A program made the position numbers and the translations under genes. Of a stretch of DNA of 64,000 nt, positions 26,104 through 39,653 are shown one piece after another. Origin of the DNA: Haliotis rubra (Eukaryota); the NCBI RefSeq assembly GCF_003918875.1, contig NW_025767603.1, forward strand, positions 186,001 through 250,000, read 5' to 3'. The notes beneath the pieces are model-generated. The model saw only the letters and a program-made list of their open reading frames with translations. It had not been told where the DNA came from and made no database searches. Every line of letters starts with the position of its first letter. Within the stretch, counting starts at the first letter, position 1.

Positions 26104-29100
26104 CTGGTATGTCGGGTTGGGGACCCAAAATTACCTCTTGTAGTTCTCAAAGCATTCTATTTGAAGAAGCATGACTGGACAGATTGGTTAACGATCATTG
26201 AATGTGCCATCTACTTCATTTACATGGATGGCCAGTCAGTGACTAATGTGAAATAATTCAATATGTTGTTAGGGAATATCAGAATTCTCAAGTGGTTCAC
26301 TTTTACACAGAGATTCCAAACCTTCATCAGGCAATTCATTTATTCAAATGTGAAAATTATTATATCCTTCATTACATGCCGGGGGAATATAGTCAATGTC
26401 TTGTCTGTCCATGGCATCCATCCATAATCATTGCATTTTCGGAGCATAAATAATAAAACATTCAATAAAATTTCAACACAAATTGGTATGTATATATCAA
26501 ACAGAACCTACAGTGGTGCCTTTTGCTATTTACAGATTTTTGGCATTTCTATTTTTCTGGATTTCCATGGAAACAAATTGGATTTAGCTTCCGGAGCATA
26601 ACTCAAAAATGGCTCAATATCTATCAATATTTATTATTCAGTTTGGATGTCATGGACATTATCCTCAACAGATACTGTCAATGTTGGATTTTAGTTTTCA
26701 AAAGGAGTTTTGGGTGAGCTGCACTAGATGCTCCGTTGAACTTACTGTGTGCCTGAATACTATATGAAGCAGGAAGAGAAGATATATAATTACATAGTCT
26801 TTGTGCCACTTAGCAAAAAATATGGGATATATCCTGACAATATATGCACTCCCTTGTGGTTTGGAATTTCGTCTTGCACCTGTACATGTGTATCACGTTG
26901 CCTGACTGCTGGTTCAGTGCATTACACTGAGATGACATTTGTTTAGGTAGGAGTTTTACAGTAATTTGTCATTACGTCTTTGTAGTAATACATTCAGTCC
27001 TATGTGAGGGATGAAATCACCTTCTAAGACTACTGTTTGTAGAACACTTGAACAATCAGAGATGTTTTCCTGGTGTATGTTATTGAGCTAGATTTCCATT
27101 TCCTTGACTTGGAAGGAAGTTAAACATCATTGGTCACTGAATAGTTGGATAGGTGACAGCACAAGGCGGCTTGACTCTTACCCACACTGCAGTAGATGTC
27201 TCATAATGCAACAGACTTGGTCCTTTGAATTGTGCCTGCTGTTCACCCAGGAGTGACTTGATTGTGGTGACATTGTAGAGCTATGAGCCCGGTTTAGAGT
27301 GTGAGTGTACTGCATTGCAAATATGTAAATTATTATTTATTTTGAAACAGCATTCCAAAAGGAAGATGTATAACACTCATGAATCAATATTGTGAGTGTC
27401 AACCCTCTTGCATCACAGTTAAGTCAAGAACCCAAATTTTAAATCTCAGCTTCCTACAAATAGGGTAAAAACATCTTACCGCAGCTAACATATACGCTAA
27501 GCAAATTGGAGCTTACATTCTTTTAATACGTCATGCAATCCCATCTCTACACACTTCCAGAGACTCCAGTCTTGAGAGAAAACCAAATTCTCAATGCAAT
27601 AGTATGTATGCAAGAGTTCTCAACTTTTAGCTCAGATCAGATCATAAGCTGTATCAACTAATAGGCCAAGAAAATGCTCGTCTCACAACTCATTCACAGT
27701 GACCCCTAGCATGTATATAATGAATAGCTGGATAAGATCATTGATGAAGCGCGACAAGGGTCCACCGAACATTTTCAAGTCTCTACTATAAACTCGGCAG
27801 TGAAAGCACATAGTTCCTCGTACTAGTGGTTCATTTCTAATCCCACAGACAGAAGTCAAGCCTCAGTTCAGATCAGTTGATCATCTGTAGAAAGCCATAG
27901 TTACGAACTACACTTCTTGTCATGACCCGACCCAGTCACTTCTCCTGTTTACTCCATGATGTTGATGTACAGCCTTTATGTCAGGGAGATTGTCTAGTCA
28001 GTATTGACTAACAAGATGCCTATCTTTAAGTCCCATTACATCCAACATCTTGGAAATATCATGTATTAGAGGTAGAATTTGCATAAGAATTATTGAACAA
28101 TTGTTGTCATCGATTATAATTCTAAGAATACTACCTCCACTACATCAGAAGTACTCCCTCCCCAATCGGAACCAGCTCTGGGTTGAAGGTGCTATTGCAG
28201 GTAAAGGTAAAACTAATTATGTATATTTGAAAGAGAGTAAGACTTTAGTTGAAAATCTGAAGTTTACTATAAACAAATTTAACTATTGATCAATAGTTGT
28301 AATGTGCCAAATCAACACCCTGAAGCATGCGGAATGCAACGCATTATTACCTTGGTGAATGGATCTAGGTGCATTTGACCTTGCATGATGTCAAAAGTCA
28401 TATGACCATCTCCTCCTACCAGGTGCATAGTCACTGCTGTGTGAACAGTGGCATGTTTTGAGCAAAGTCACCTGGCAAAGCCAACTTCACTACTGCTTCA
28501 TCTTCTTCAGTGAGGGTCTTCTGTAGTGAAGTCCAGACTGACGGAAACTTTCAGGAGTCAAGCTATTCTCCAGCCAACTACTTGCAGTCACCTGCTTTAC
28601 TTAACGTCACCTGATTTAAGACCTTTTGCTTTTTACAAAGGACCATGTTCCATTATAAGCCAAAACACTGACAAGCATCATCAGGCCCTGGTTGAAAGGT
28701 GGTTTCTTCACTAGAAATAGTACACCTCAAAGCATCAAAGGTGATAAAGAAAAATGCCTTTAACTGTGCATAAATAACTTTAAATTTATCATACAGTAAA
28801 GGCAGGTACCTGGAGAATGGGATTTGCTAACATTAGAGATATACGTGCCCTCAGCTATCAGGTGATATCCGGGATCGTGTTGAGAAACACAGGTAGGAAG
28901 AAGGTATATGTAGCTACCCATCCTGTTTGCTGTGCAGTAAAGAGGTGTGGTCTAATCACTCATGGGGAACGTCAGACATCTTGATACCTGCTATGGGGTC
29001 TGGAGGGAACATTCCTGTGCTCTTCTTTTTAGAATTTTTGTATGGCACTTTGCCAAAAGATCAAAGGCACGATTGTAATTTATCCTGTGATTAGGTACAT

Positions 29101-29634
29101 AATGGCCAGGTGTCAAGTTACCTTCTCGATGTACTTTTCAATACTGTGAAGCGGGATGGCACATCAGCATTAATTATTGATCTATGAAGTAGTTTCTCAA
29201 ACTTGACGCTTAACTGGAGTGTCCTTGTACTTTAACCATGATGGTTCAGGGCAAGATTCTACTTCATTACAATACACATGCTTGTATCTAGCTTTATTTG
29301 TGTGTTCATTGCTTGGCACCACAGCTACATGACAGAGGTCTAGATGAGACAGTCCAGGATGTTTAGTGATCACGTTCAACCTACGTCACTATATTGGTTA
29401 TTGAAATACTGTACATTTATCTATATTTGCTAGATGGTTCTATTTGTGATACATCAGAAAAAATCAAATTTACAAGAAGCAAACAAAATTTATAAAATTC
29501 AAAATATTAATTATTCAAATGCATTTCATATGTGTTCTCCAACTGTTAACCCATTCATTAAGAAAGAAATACATATTTTGTATTATGGCTTTCTTTAGAC
29601 TAAGGAAACATTTGTTATCTTTCTAATCATGTGA

Positions 29635-29800
29635 GGGGCAGTGGGGTAGATTAGTGGTTAAAGCGTTGGCTCGTCACGCCCAAGACCCAGGTTCGATTCC
29701 ACACATTGGTACAATGCGTGAAGCCCATTTCTGGTGTCCCCCGCCGTGATATTGCTGGAATATTGCAGAAAGCGGCATAAAACTATACTCACTCACTCAC
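29635..29800 (+). mobile_element. tRNA-derived SINE, family B
   Basis: Pol III A box (tagattagtgg) and B box (ggttcgattcc), (ACTC)n tail, 13-bp TSD tctaatcatgtga. Confidence 0.9.
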
Positions 29801-31251
29801 TCTAATCATGTGAACGACTATAAAACTTTTCACTTGTTAAAGATAACTTTATCCTGAACGCAATCCATCACTCAAGAATTTCAATGTTTGTTTGACTCAT
29901 TCTGCGTCATTATGGAAAGAGTTAGCACTGCTGTCTGAAAATGTACAATATACCAAAACCAATGATCCGACAATATGTATGGCTTTTTTAATTGTTAAAC
30001 ATCCTGCCCTTGAGGCAGACATATTCTGTCCCACTTAACCAACTTTAAAGTCCACAATTTCTAAGAAAAATGTGTGCCTACCCATTGCATTTTCATTAGA
30101 TCAATATCGTGTAACAATCTTTCGAGTGGCAGAATAGCACCATTTATTACCTGTTTTCAATGTTTCAATAGGTACCCTTATTAGAGGTCAAGTACAGAAG
30201 GAAAGTATGTGTACTTGTCAGGCCATTTCCTGACAGTTAGAGGAAAATTCCAACATGTGAATGTTACTCTGGCCTTCTGCACTTGGTGCTGTATCTGTGT
30301 TGTACACTGTTGCTGGTATCAATACTTCATCCTGCACACATACAAAGGTCTAAACAGGGGATGGTTGTTACACAACAAGTGCTGGTGTTTTACTGATCTG
30401 TGGAAATCCACGCCCAAGTCATATAACTGACTTGGTTGTTCATTGGTCTTCACCTGTCAATCAACCAAGGACAGGGCAGGACAAAGTCTATTAGATCCGC
30501 ATAATTCATGGAATGAGGAAAAGATTTACAAATTAATCTGAAATTATTCAGATGTAATCGTATGAGTGAATATTTGACTTTGTTCATTTCAACACTTCCA
30601 CTTTCATGGTTTATAACACTAATTTAATGTATGAGGTTTCCTGGTTTCACAAAATTTCATTTAAGAGTTTAAGAGCTCTGATTATAAAACAAAAACAACT
30701 CTTTGACCAAAGCTAAAATTCTCAAGAAATGTAAATAAAACTGTAAAGACAAGTATCTCTGATGAAGTGACACCAACTAGTTGACATATATTGCTCGTCA
30801 ACTGACACCAAGAAGTTGACAAATGACAAATTGTACCGCTGTCTAATTTCTGAATGACATAATGATATATCAAATGGATATGTAAGCTCATGTATAACGT
30901 TATAAATGGGATAAAAAAAATAGCTTACTTTATTGGAACCATACAATTTCAAATACCCGGTAGTTGTGAATTGTTAGGAACAACAGAGCGTCCATCCCCT
31001 ATATTTTTACTCAGGGAAACATGGAGGCCATGTAAAACTTATATAATAACACTGTTCTGGTTTGATGAACCACACTGGCTGTGCACAAGTTGTCCCACAG
31101 AGTCTTTAATGTAGATTAAAGCCATATTCATATGCAACAGAGGCATTTGTTGAGTTGATCATTCCAAGATCAGGAGCGGGAGAATTTGGTAATAATAGTT
31201 CCACTGCTCTATTTGTTTCCTTCTCGCATGCCCACCCGCCCCTGTAACTTG

Positions 31252-32268
31252 TTTTTGTCCCCCGCCGCAATGCGGAACAGGGGACTATGTATTCAGCGGC
31301 TTCTGTCCGTCCGTCTGTATGTCCCGATTCTTGTTAACGCGATATCTCATGAACTGTTGTACCCAATGTCTTCAACTTTGGTGACAGTCTACATTGGGGC
31401 ATTACACAGACACCAGTCAATTTGGGTGACCTTGATCTTATTTTTAAGGTCACCATGACACTTTGACCACTTTTGAAACTCTTGTTAATGCGATATCTCA
31501 TGAACTGTTCTACCCAATGTCTTCAAATTTGGTGACAGCCTACAATGGGGGATTGCCCAGACACCAGTTGATTTGGGTGACCTTGACCTTATCTTCAAGG
31601 TCACCACAACACTTTTCAAACTGTTGTTAATGTGATATCTCATGCACTGTTGTACCCAATGTCTTCAAATTTGGTGACAGCCTACATTTGGGGATTACTC
31701 AGACACCAGTCGATTTGGGTGACCTTGACCTTATCTTCAAGGTCACCACAACACTGAACACTTTTCAAACTGTTGTTAATGTGATATCTCATGCACTGTT
31801 GAATCCAGTGTCTTCAAATTTGGTGACAGCCTACATTTGGGGGTTACTCAGACACCAGTCGATTTGGGTGACCTTGACCTTATCTTCAAGGTCACCACGA
31901 CATTTTTACCAGTTTTCAAACTGTTGTTAACGTGATATCTCATGCATTGTTGTATCCAATATCTTCAACTTTGATGACAGCTTACATTGGGGAATTATGC
32001 AGACACCAGTCGATTTGGGTGACATTGACCTTATCTTCAAGGTTACGACCCTTTGACCACTTTTCAAACTCTTGTTAACGTGATATCACATAAAACATTG
32101 CACCCGATGTCTTCATTTGTGTCGACAGCTTACATTGGGTGATTATGCAGACACCAGTCATTTCAGGCTTCTTGTATGTGACCAAAACATAAAAAGTAAT
32201 AAATATGTTATAAATATTCCATTCTTTAGCGGCGGGGGACATTGCCATATCAGTGGCAAACACTTGTT
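31252..32268 (+). mobile_element. HINE-like element with ~125-bp internal tandem array
   Basis: subTIRs tgtcccccgccgc / gcggcgggggaca, gtcc/gtct microsatellite, ~6-7 units containing gtgaccttgacctt, 3' hairpin ttgcca-tatcag-tggcaa. Confidence 0.8.
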
Positions 32269-32923
32269 CGTGCTGTTTCCACCCTCCATGTAATAGATGA
32301 CTAGTTCTTAAATAATTTTCAAATTTCTAACTTTCTTACTTGAAGAAAGAAAACATTTTTCCATGATCACCCCCAAAATAGTTGTGATATTTGTTGGCAA
32401 CATGCCTCTTATTTTGATGTATGATATTTTCATGCCTTTCCTAAATTTTAACAAACTCCACCCCACCCAAAATTATCTCTGATTATTGTTGGATATATAT
32501 TTGTGAATATTTTCTTAATGGATATCCACATTCATCTTTATACAAAGTGTATTTAAGATAGAAACCAAAGAAAAAAATTGTGTTATTATTTTTTACCATA
32601 CATGTAACCGTAATGTTGATAGCGCAAGAGTAGCTATTTGCCAATATTTGTAGTCTGTCGTACAGACCCTGCAGCAAATATATCCAAGAAAGCCCACGCA
32701 AGTCTAGAAAATGTGGCAAGTCTAGATTTCCTCAGCTTCAGGGTCTCTGAAAATGAAGAAAGTCTCAGGGCTCCTTTTCATTATATTTTTTTTTAAATAT
32801 GTTCATTTCAGAGACTAGTTGTTAGTCTACAATATTTGCTACTTGTATTAACATTCTATATTGTCATCGGCTATGGACCATTGACATGCACTGAAATGTT
32901 TCTTCAACGTTATGTCCCTACAG

Positions 32924-33090
32924 GCTATGAGCGGCATGATGAAGGTCGTATCTCCCAGAACCTGGAGGAGTTTTCTCGGATGGGGTTCCGCGTGGCGAAC
33001 CTCAACAACCAGCGGAATGATCTGTTCAACCAGCTCGAGGAGCTGCAGAGCATGCTGGAGTATGCGGAGAAGGAGAACAAAGACTTGGAG
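32924..33090 (+). CDS. CARD-CC protein, start of coiled coil
   Basis: tccctacag|GC ... TTG GAG|gtgaca, phase 1 to 0. GYERHDEGRISQNLEEFSRMGFRVANLNNQRNDLFNQLEELQSMLEYAEKENKDLE is heptad-rich, with GC-rich coding-like composition. Confidence 0.85.
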
Positions 33091-33749
33091 GTGACAACTT
33101 TTAACAAACGTCTTTTAATGTATTCCACAATTAACTTTTGTGTTAATTACATCCAGTTTTAGCTTCAATTGACCTCTTTTGCTTCTTCAACTGGTTATTA
33201 CTTCATTGGCCTGATAAGCCTTTGTACTTTGTTTATTTTTCAACCATTTTTGGCCTTGATTGACCAAGAGAATCAACTTCTTTCGCTTCTTCAACCAGTT
33301 AGTGTTTCATTGACCTGGAAAAACTTCCAAATGTTTTCTTCAGACAATGTTAATTTTGTTCAGCTAGGAGAGTCTTTCTCTCTTGCTTCCCTGTCAGGAT
33401 TCTGGGGCCATGCAGGTTCCCACTTCCAAGTTCTTGTGTTCACATGCCGTAAAAAAATTCCATGTCCCCTCATATTTGTTTCCCCCCTTTTTGTACTCCA
33501 GTTTAGAATAGGCACCTGGCTCCCCATGCTTTTCTTCACATTGGCATGTTAAAAATAACAAGTAGACCCCCCATTCCCTTGTGTGCATAATCTAAGGACA
33601 GAACAGGTCCGATGTACCCAATGCTAAGAGCAAATAAACTCAAGATAAGTTATCACAATGTGTTGTGTGGCTGAGGTTTTACTCACCTGCCTGTCTTCCA
33701 ATAACTGCTCTGTATTTCACAGTATTTCCTGATATGCCATGAGATAAAT

Positions 33750-33880
33750 GGGGTTGATGGGGTAGCCTAGTGGTTAAAGTGTTCGCTTGTCACACCGAAG
33801 GCCCAGGTTCGATTCCCCACATGGGTTCAATGTGTGAAGCCCATTTCTGGTGTCCCCGTCTGTGATGTTGCTAGAATATA
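33750..33880 (+). mobile_element. tRNA-derived SINE, family B, 3'-truncated
   Basis: Homologous to 29635-29800. Abuts the start of the 43-bp array. Confidence 0.85.
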
Positions 33881-33884
33881 GCAT

Positions 33885-36800
33885 GATATCACTGGGCTGT
33901 ATATCCTGATCTGCTCTGTTTCAGCCTAAGATAACAGTACTGTATTCCCTGGTTTGCTGTATCTTGGCATGATATCACTAGGCTGTATTCCCTGGTTTGT
34001 TGTGTTTCAGCATGAGATAACAGCACTGTATTCCCTGGTTTGTTGTGTTTCAGCCTGAGATAACAGTACTGTATTACCTGGTTTGCTGTATCTCGGCATG
34101 ATATCACTAGGCTGTATTCCCTGGTTTGTTGTGTTTCAGCGTGAGATAACAGTACTTTATTCCCTGGTTTGCTGTATCTCGGCATGATATCACTAGGCTG
34201 TATTCCCTGGTTTGTTGTGTTTCAGCCTGAGATAACAGTACTGTATTCCCTGGTTTGTTGTGTTTCAGCGTGAGATAACAGTACTGTATTCCCTGGTTTG
34301 CTGTATCTTGGCATGATATTACTAGGCTGTATTCCCTGGTTTGTTGTGTTTCAGCATGAGATAACAGTACTGTATACCCTGGTTTGCTATATCTCGGCAT
34401 GATATTACTAGGCTGTATTCCCTGGTTTGTTGTGTTTCAGCGTGAGATAACAGTACTGTATTCCCTGGTTTGCTGTATCTTGGCATGATATCACTAGGCT
34501 GTATTCCCTGGTTTGTTGTGTTTCAGCATGAGATAACAGTACTGTATGCCCTGGTTTGCTGTATCTTGGCATGATATCACTAGGCTGTATTCCCTGGTTT
34601 GTTGTGTTTCAGCGTGAGATAACAGTACTGTATTCCCTGGTTTGCTGTATCTTGGCATGATATCACTAGGCTGTATTCCTGGTTTGTTGTGTTTCAGCGT
34701 GAGATAACAGTACTGTATGCCCTGGTTTGCTGTATCTTGGCATGATATCACTAGGCTGTATTCCCTGGTTTGTTGTGTTTCAGCGTGAGATAACAGTACT
34801 GTATTCCCTGGTTTGCTGTATCTTGGCATGATATCACTAGGCTGTATTCCCTGGTTTGTTGTGTTTCAGCGTGAGATAACAGTACTGTATTCCCTGGTTT
34901 GCTGTATCTTGGCATGATATCACTAGGCTGTATTCCCTTGGTTTGTTGTGTTTCAGCGTGAGATAACAGTACTGTATTCCCTGGTTTGCTGTATCTCGGC
35001 ATGATATCACTAGGCTGTATTCCCTGGTTTGTTGTGTTTCAGCATGAGATAACAGTACTGTATTCCCTGGTTTGCTGTATCTTGGCATGATATTACTAGG
35101 CTGTATTCCCTGGTTTGTTGTGTTTCAGCGTGAGATAACAGTACTGTATTCCCTGGTTTGCTATATCTCGGCATGATATTACTAGGCTGTATTCCCTGGT
35201 TTGTTGTGTTTCAGCGTGAGATAACAGTACTGTATGCCCTGGTTTGCTGTATCTTGGCATGATATCACTAGGCTGTATTCCCTGGTTTGTTGTGTTTCAG
35301 CATGAGATAACAGTACTGTATGCCCTGGTTTGCTGTATCTTGGCATGATATCACTAGGCTGTATTCCCTGGTTTGTTGTGTTTCAGCGTGAGATAACAGT
35401 ACTGTATGCCCTGGTTTGCTGTATCTTGGCATGATATCACTAGGCTGTATTCCCTGGTTTGTTGTGTTTCAGCGTGAGATAACAGTACTGTATGCCCTGG
35501 TTTGCTGTATCTTGGCATGATATCACTAGGCTGTATTCCCTGGTTTGTTGTGTTTCAGCGTGAGATAACAGTACTGTATTCCCTGGTTTGCTGTATCTTG
35601 GCATGATATCACTAGGCTGTATTCCCTGGTTTGTTGTGTTTCAGCGTGAGATAACAGTACTGTATTCCCTGGTTTGCTGTATCTTGGCATGATATTACTA
35701 GGCTGTATTCCCTGGTTTGTTGTGTTTCAGCGTGAGATAACAGTACTGTATTCCCTGGTTTGTTGGGTTTCAGCCTGAGATAACAGTACTGTATTCCCTG
35801 GTTTGCTGTATCTTGGCATGATATTACTAGGCTGTATTCCCTGGTTTGTTGTGTTTCAGCATGAGATAACAGTACTGTATACCCTGGTTTGCTATATCTC
35901 GGCATGATATTACTAGGCTGTATTCCCTGGTTTGTTGTGTTTCAGCGTGAGATAACAGTACTGTATGCCCTGGTTTGCTGTATCTTGGCATGATATCACT
36001 AGGCTGTATTCCCTGGTTTGTTGTGTTTCAGCGTGAGATAACAGTACTGTATTCCCTGGTTTGCTGTATCTTGGCATGATATTACTAGGCTGTATTCCCT
36101 GGTTTGTTGTGTTTCAGCGTGAGATAACAGTACTGTATGCCCTGGTTTGCTGTATCTTGGCATGATATCACTAGGCTGTATTCCCTGGTTTGTTGTGTTT
36201 CAGCATGAGATAACAGTACTGTATGCCCTGGTTTGCTGTATCTTGGCATGATATCACTAGGCTGTATTCCCTGGTTTGTTGTGTTTCAGCGTGAGATAAC
36301 AGTACTGTATTCCCTGGTTTGCTGTATCTTGGCATGATATTACTAGGCTGTATTCCCTGGTTTGTTGTGTTTCAGCGTGAGATAACAGTACTGTATGCCC
36401 TGGTTTGCTGTATCTTGGCATGATATCACTAGGCTGTATTCCCTGGTTTGTTGTGTTTCAGCATGAGATAACAGTACTGTATGCCCTGGTTTGCTGTATC
36501 TTGGCATGATATCACTAGGCTGTATTCCCTGGTTTGTTGTGTTTCAGCGTGAGATAACAGTACTGTATGCCCTGGTTTGCTGTATCTTGGCATGATATCA
36601 CTAGGCTGTATTCCCTGGTTTGTTGTGTTTCAGCGTGAGATAACAGTATTGTATTCCCTGGTTTGCTGTATCTTGGCATGATATTACTAGGCTGTATCCC
36701 TGGTTTGTTGTGTTTCAGCGTGAGATAACAGTACTGTATTCCCTGGTTTGCTGTATCTTGGCATGATATTACTAGGCTGTATTCCCTGGTTTGTTGTGTT

Positions 36801-38531
36801 TCAGCGTGAGATAACAGTACTGTATTCCCTGGTTTGCTGTATCTTGGCATGATATTACTAGGCTGTATTCCCTGGTTTGTTGTGTTTCAGCATGAGATAA
36901 CAGTACTGTATTCCCTGGTTTGTTGTGTTTCAGCGTGAGATAACAGTACTGTATTCCCTGGTTTGCTGTATCTCGGCATGATATCACTAGGCTGTATTCC
37001 CTGGTTTGTTGTGTTTCAGCGTGAGATAACAGTACTGTATTCCCTGGTTTGTTGTGTTTCAGCATGAGATAACAGTACTGTATTCCCTGGTTTGCTGTAT
37101 CTTGGCATGATATCACTAGGCTGTATTCCCTGGTTTGTTGTGTTTCAGCGTGAGATAACAGTACTGTATTCCCTGGTTTGCTGTATCTTGGCATGATATC
37201 ACTATGCTGTATTCCCTGGTTTGTTGTGTTTCAGCCTGAGATAACAGTACTGTATTCCCTGGTTTGCTGTATCTCGACATGTTATTACTAGGCTGTATCC
37301 CTGGTTTGTTGTGTTTCAGCGTGAGATAACAGTACTGTATTCCCTGGTTTGTTGTGTTTCAGCGTGAGATAACAGTACTGTATTCCCTGGTTTGCTGTAT
37401 CTTGGCATGATATTACTAGGCTGTATTCCCTGGTTTGTTGTGTTTCAGCATGAGATAACAGTACTGTATGCCCTGGTGTGTTGTGTTTCAGCATGAGATA
37501 ACAGTACTGTATGCCCTGGTTTGTTGTGTTTCAGCATGAGATAACAGTACTGTATTCCCTGGTTTGCTGTATCTCGGCATTATATCACTAGGCTGTATTC
37601 CCAGGTTTGTTGTGTTTCAGCGTGAGATAACAGTACTGTATTCCCTGGTTTGTTGTGTTTCAGCATGAGATAACAGTACTGTATTCCCTGGTTTGCTGTA
37701 TCTTGGCATGATATTACTAGGCTGTATTCCCTGGTTTGTTGTGTTTCAGCATGAGATAACAGTACTGTATTCCCTGGTTTGTTGTGTTTCAGCGTGAGAT
37801 AACAGTACTGTATTCCCTGGTTTGCTGTATCTCGGCATGATATTACTAGGCTGTATTCCCTGGTTTGTTGTGTTTCAGCATGAGATAACAGTACTGTATG
37901 CCCTGGTTTGTTGTGTTTCAGCATGAGATAACAGTACTGTTTTCCCTGGTTTGCTGTATCTCGGCATGATATTACTAGGCTGTATTCCCTGGTTTCTTGT
38001 GTTTCAGCATGAGATAACAGTACTGTATTCCCTGGTTTGTTGTGTTTCAGCGTGAGATAACAGTACTGTATTCCCTGGTTTGCTGTATCTCGGCATGATA
38101 TTACTAGGCTGTATTCCCTGGTTTGTTGTGTTTCAGCGTGAGATAACAGTACTGTATGCCCTGGTTTGCTGTATCTTGGCATGATATCACTAGGCTGTAT
38201 TCCCTGGTTTGTTGTGTTTCAGCGTGAGATAACAGTACTGTATTCCCTGGTTTGCTGTATCTATGCATGATATCACTAGGCTGTATTCCCTGGTTTGTTG
38301 TGTTTCAGCGTGAGATAACAGTACTGTATTCCCTGGTTTGCTGTATCTCTGCATGATATTACTAGGCTGTATTCCCTGGTTTGTTGTGTTTCAGCATGAG
38401 ATAACAGTACTTTATTCCCTGGTTTGTTGTGTTTCAGCATGAGATAACGGTACTGTATTCCTTGGTTTGTTGTGTTTCAGCGTGAGATAACAGTACTTTA
38501 TTCCCTTGTTTGTTGTGTTTCAGCGTGAGAT
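33885..38531 (+). repeat. 43-bp A/B minisatellite (86-bp higher-order unit) containing the splice acceptor of exon 38524
   Basis: A = ctgtattccctggtttgttgtgtttcagcgtgagataacagta; B = ctgtattccctggtttgctgtatcttggcatgatatcactagg. About 108 units by length. Confidence 0.97.
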
Positions 38532-38626
38532 TGCCTCACTGAGACCTTATGCTATGGACAACCAGCAACTGTTGGAGAAACAGCTTGAAGCTGACAAGGA
38601 GATTCGCAACCTCAAGGATGAAAACA
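38524..38626 (+). CDS. CARD-CC protein, coiled-coil exon
   Basis: tgtgtttcag|CGT ... AAC A|gtgagt, phase 0 to 1. REIASLRPYAMDNQQLLEKQLEADKEIRNLKDEN; LKDEN resembles the K(D/E)(D/E)N motif of CARD9/11 coiled coils. Not in the ORF track. Confidence 0.82.
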
Positions 38627-38813
38627 GTGAGTAGGGTACTAAAATTGTGTAAAAACTTGAGTGGAAATCACATGTCTCTCTGTTAAACTAAAGCTGTGAG
38701 TCATAAGAAAAGGAATGGAAGAAAATAACTTAATCTTTTGTTTCCTTTGTCTCTGGTTGCACTGATAGATAGCCTGAGTTTCCTGGTGCTGAGAGTCTGA
38801 ACTTGCATTGCAG

Positions 38814-38972
38814 GAGAATTCATGAGGAAGAACATCCAGTATCGAGATGATGTGGAGCGCCAGATGAGCCGCATTGACGAGCTGCTCGTAGACAGAGAGG
38901 ACCTGGAGAACAACCTGAAAGAGAGAAACAATGAGCTGGAGAGAATGAACCAATCACAGGATGTGCTGATAG
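38814..38972 (+). CDS. CARD-CC protein, coiled-coil exon
   Basis: cattgcag|GA ... ATA G|gtatgt, phase 1-1. REFMRKNIQYRDDVERQMSRIDELLVDREDLENNLKERNNELERMNQSQDVLI. Confidence 0.85.
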
Positions 38973-39510
38973 GTATGTTTACTTGGTACAGAGAGAATGA
39001 ACCAATCACAGGATGTGCTGATAGGTTTGTTTACTTGGTACAGAGAGAATGAACCAATCACAGGATGTGCTGATAGGTATGTTTACTTGGTACAGAGAGA
39101 ATGAACCAATCACAGGATGTGCTGATAGGTATGTTTACTTGGTACAGAGAGAATGAACCAATCACAGGATGTGCTGATAGGTATGTTTACTTGGTACAGA
39201 GAGAATGAACCAATCACAGGATGTGCTGATAGGTATGTTTACTTGGTACAGAGAGAATGAACCAATCACAGGATGTGCTGATAGGTATGTTTACTTGGTA
39301 CAGAGAGAATGAACCAATCACAGGATGTGCTGATAGGTATGTTTACTTGGTACAGAGAGAATGAACCAATCACAGGATGTGCTGATAGGTATGTTTACTT
39401 GGTACAGAGAGAATGAACCAATCACAGGATGTGCTGATAGGTATGTTTACTTGGTACAGAGAGAATGAATCAATGAGTATTACTTGGTACAGAGAGAATG
39501 AACCAATCAC
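38939..39510 (+). repeat. 52-bp tandem repeat (~10.5 copies) containing the exon end and splice donor of exon 38814-38972
   Basis: (gagagaatgaaccaatcacaggatgtgctgataggtatgtttacttggtaca)n. Confidence 0.97.
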
Positions 39511-39653
39511 TGTCCCACTAAAGAATATTGTACACAAATGGAGTGCAGCATGCATAGCCTTTACCTAGAAGAGCTCACTGAGTAAGTCTTCCTCTTAACC
39601 TCAGTAGTGCTTAACCAAAGTCAGTTTCTAACTTTGTTTGTTACTTGTTACAG

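Noticed and set aside
26078-26106. Possible micro-exon cag|gtcatgg...gctg|gtatgt at the end of the 38-bp array
   Set aside because: It has a stop in the phase required between exons 18974 and 32924, which already join in frame.
29635-29710. tRNA gene
   Set aside because: It is the head of a SINE with body, tail and TSD; a second copy lies at 33750.
33889-38182. Repeated MPRYSKPG... ORFs, and a CRISPR-like look
   Set aside because: This is a pure 43-bp tandem repeat with no unique spacers and no cas genes, in eukaryotic context.
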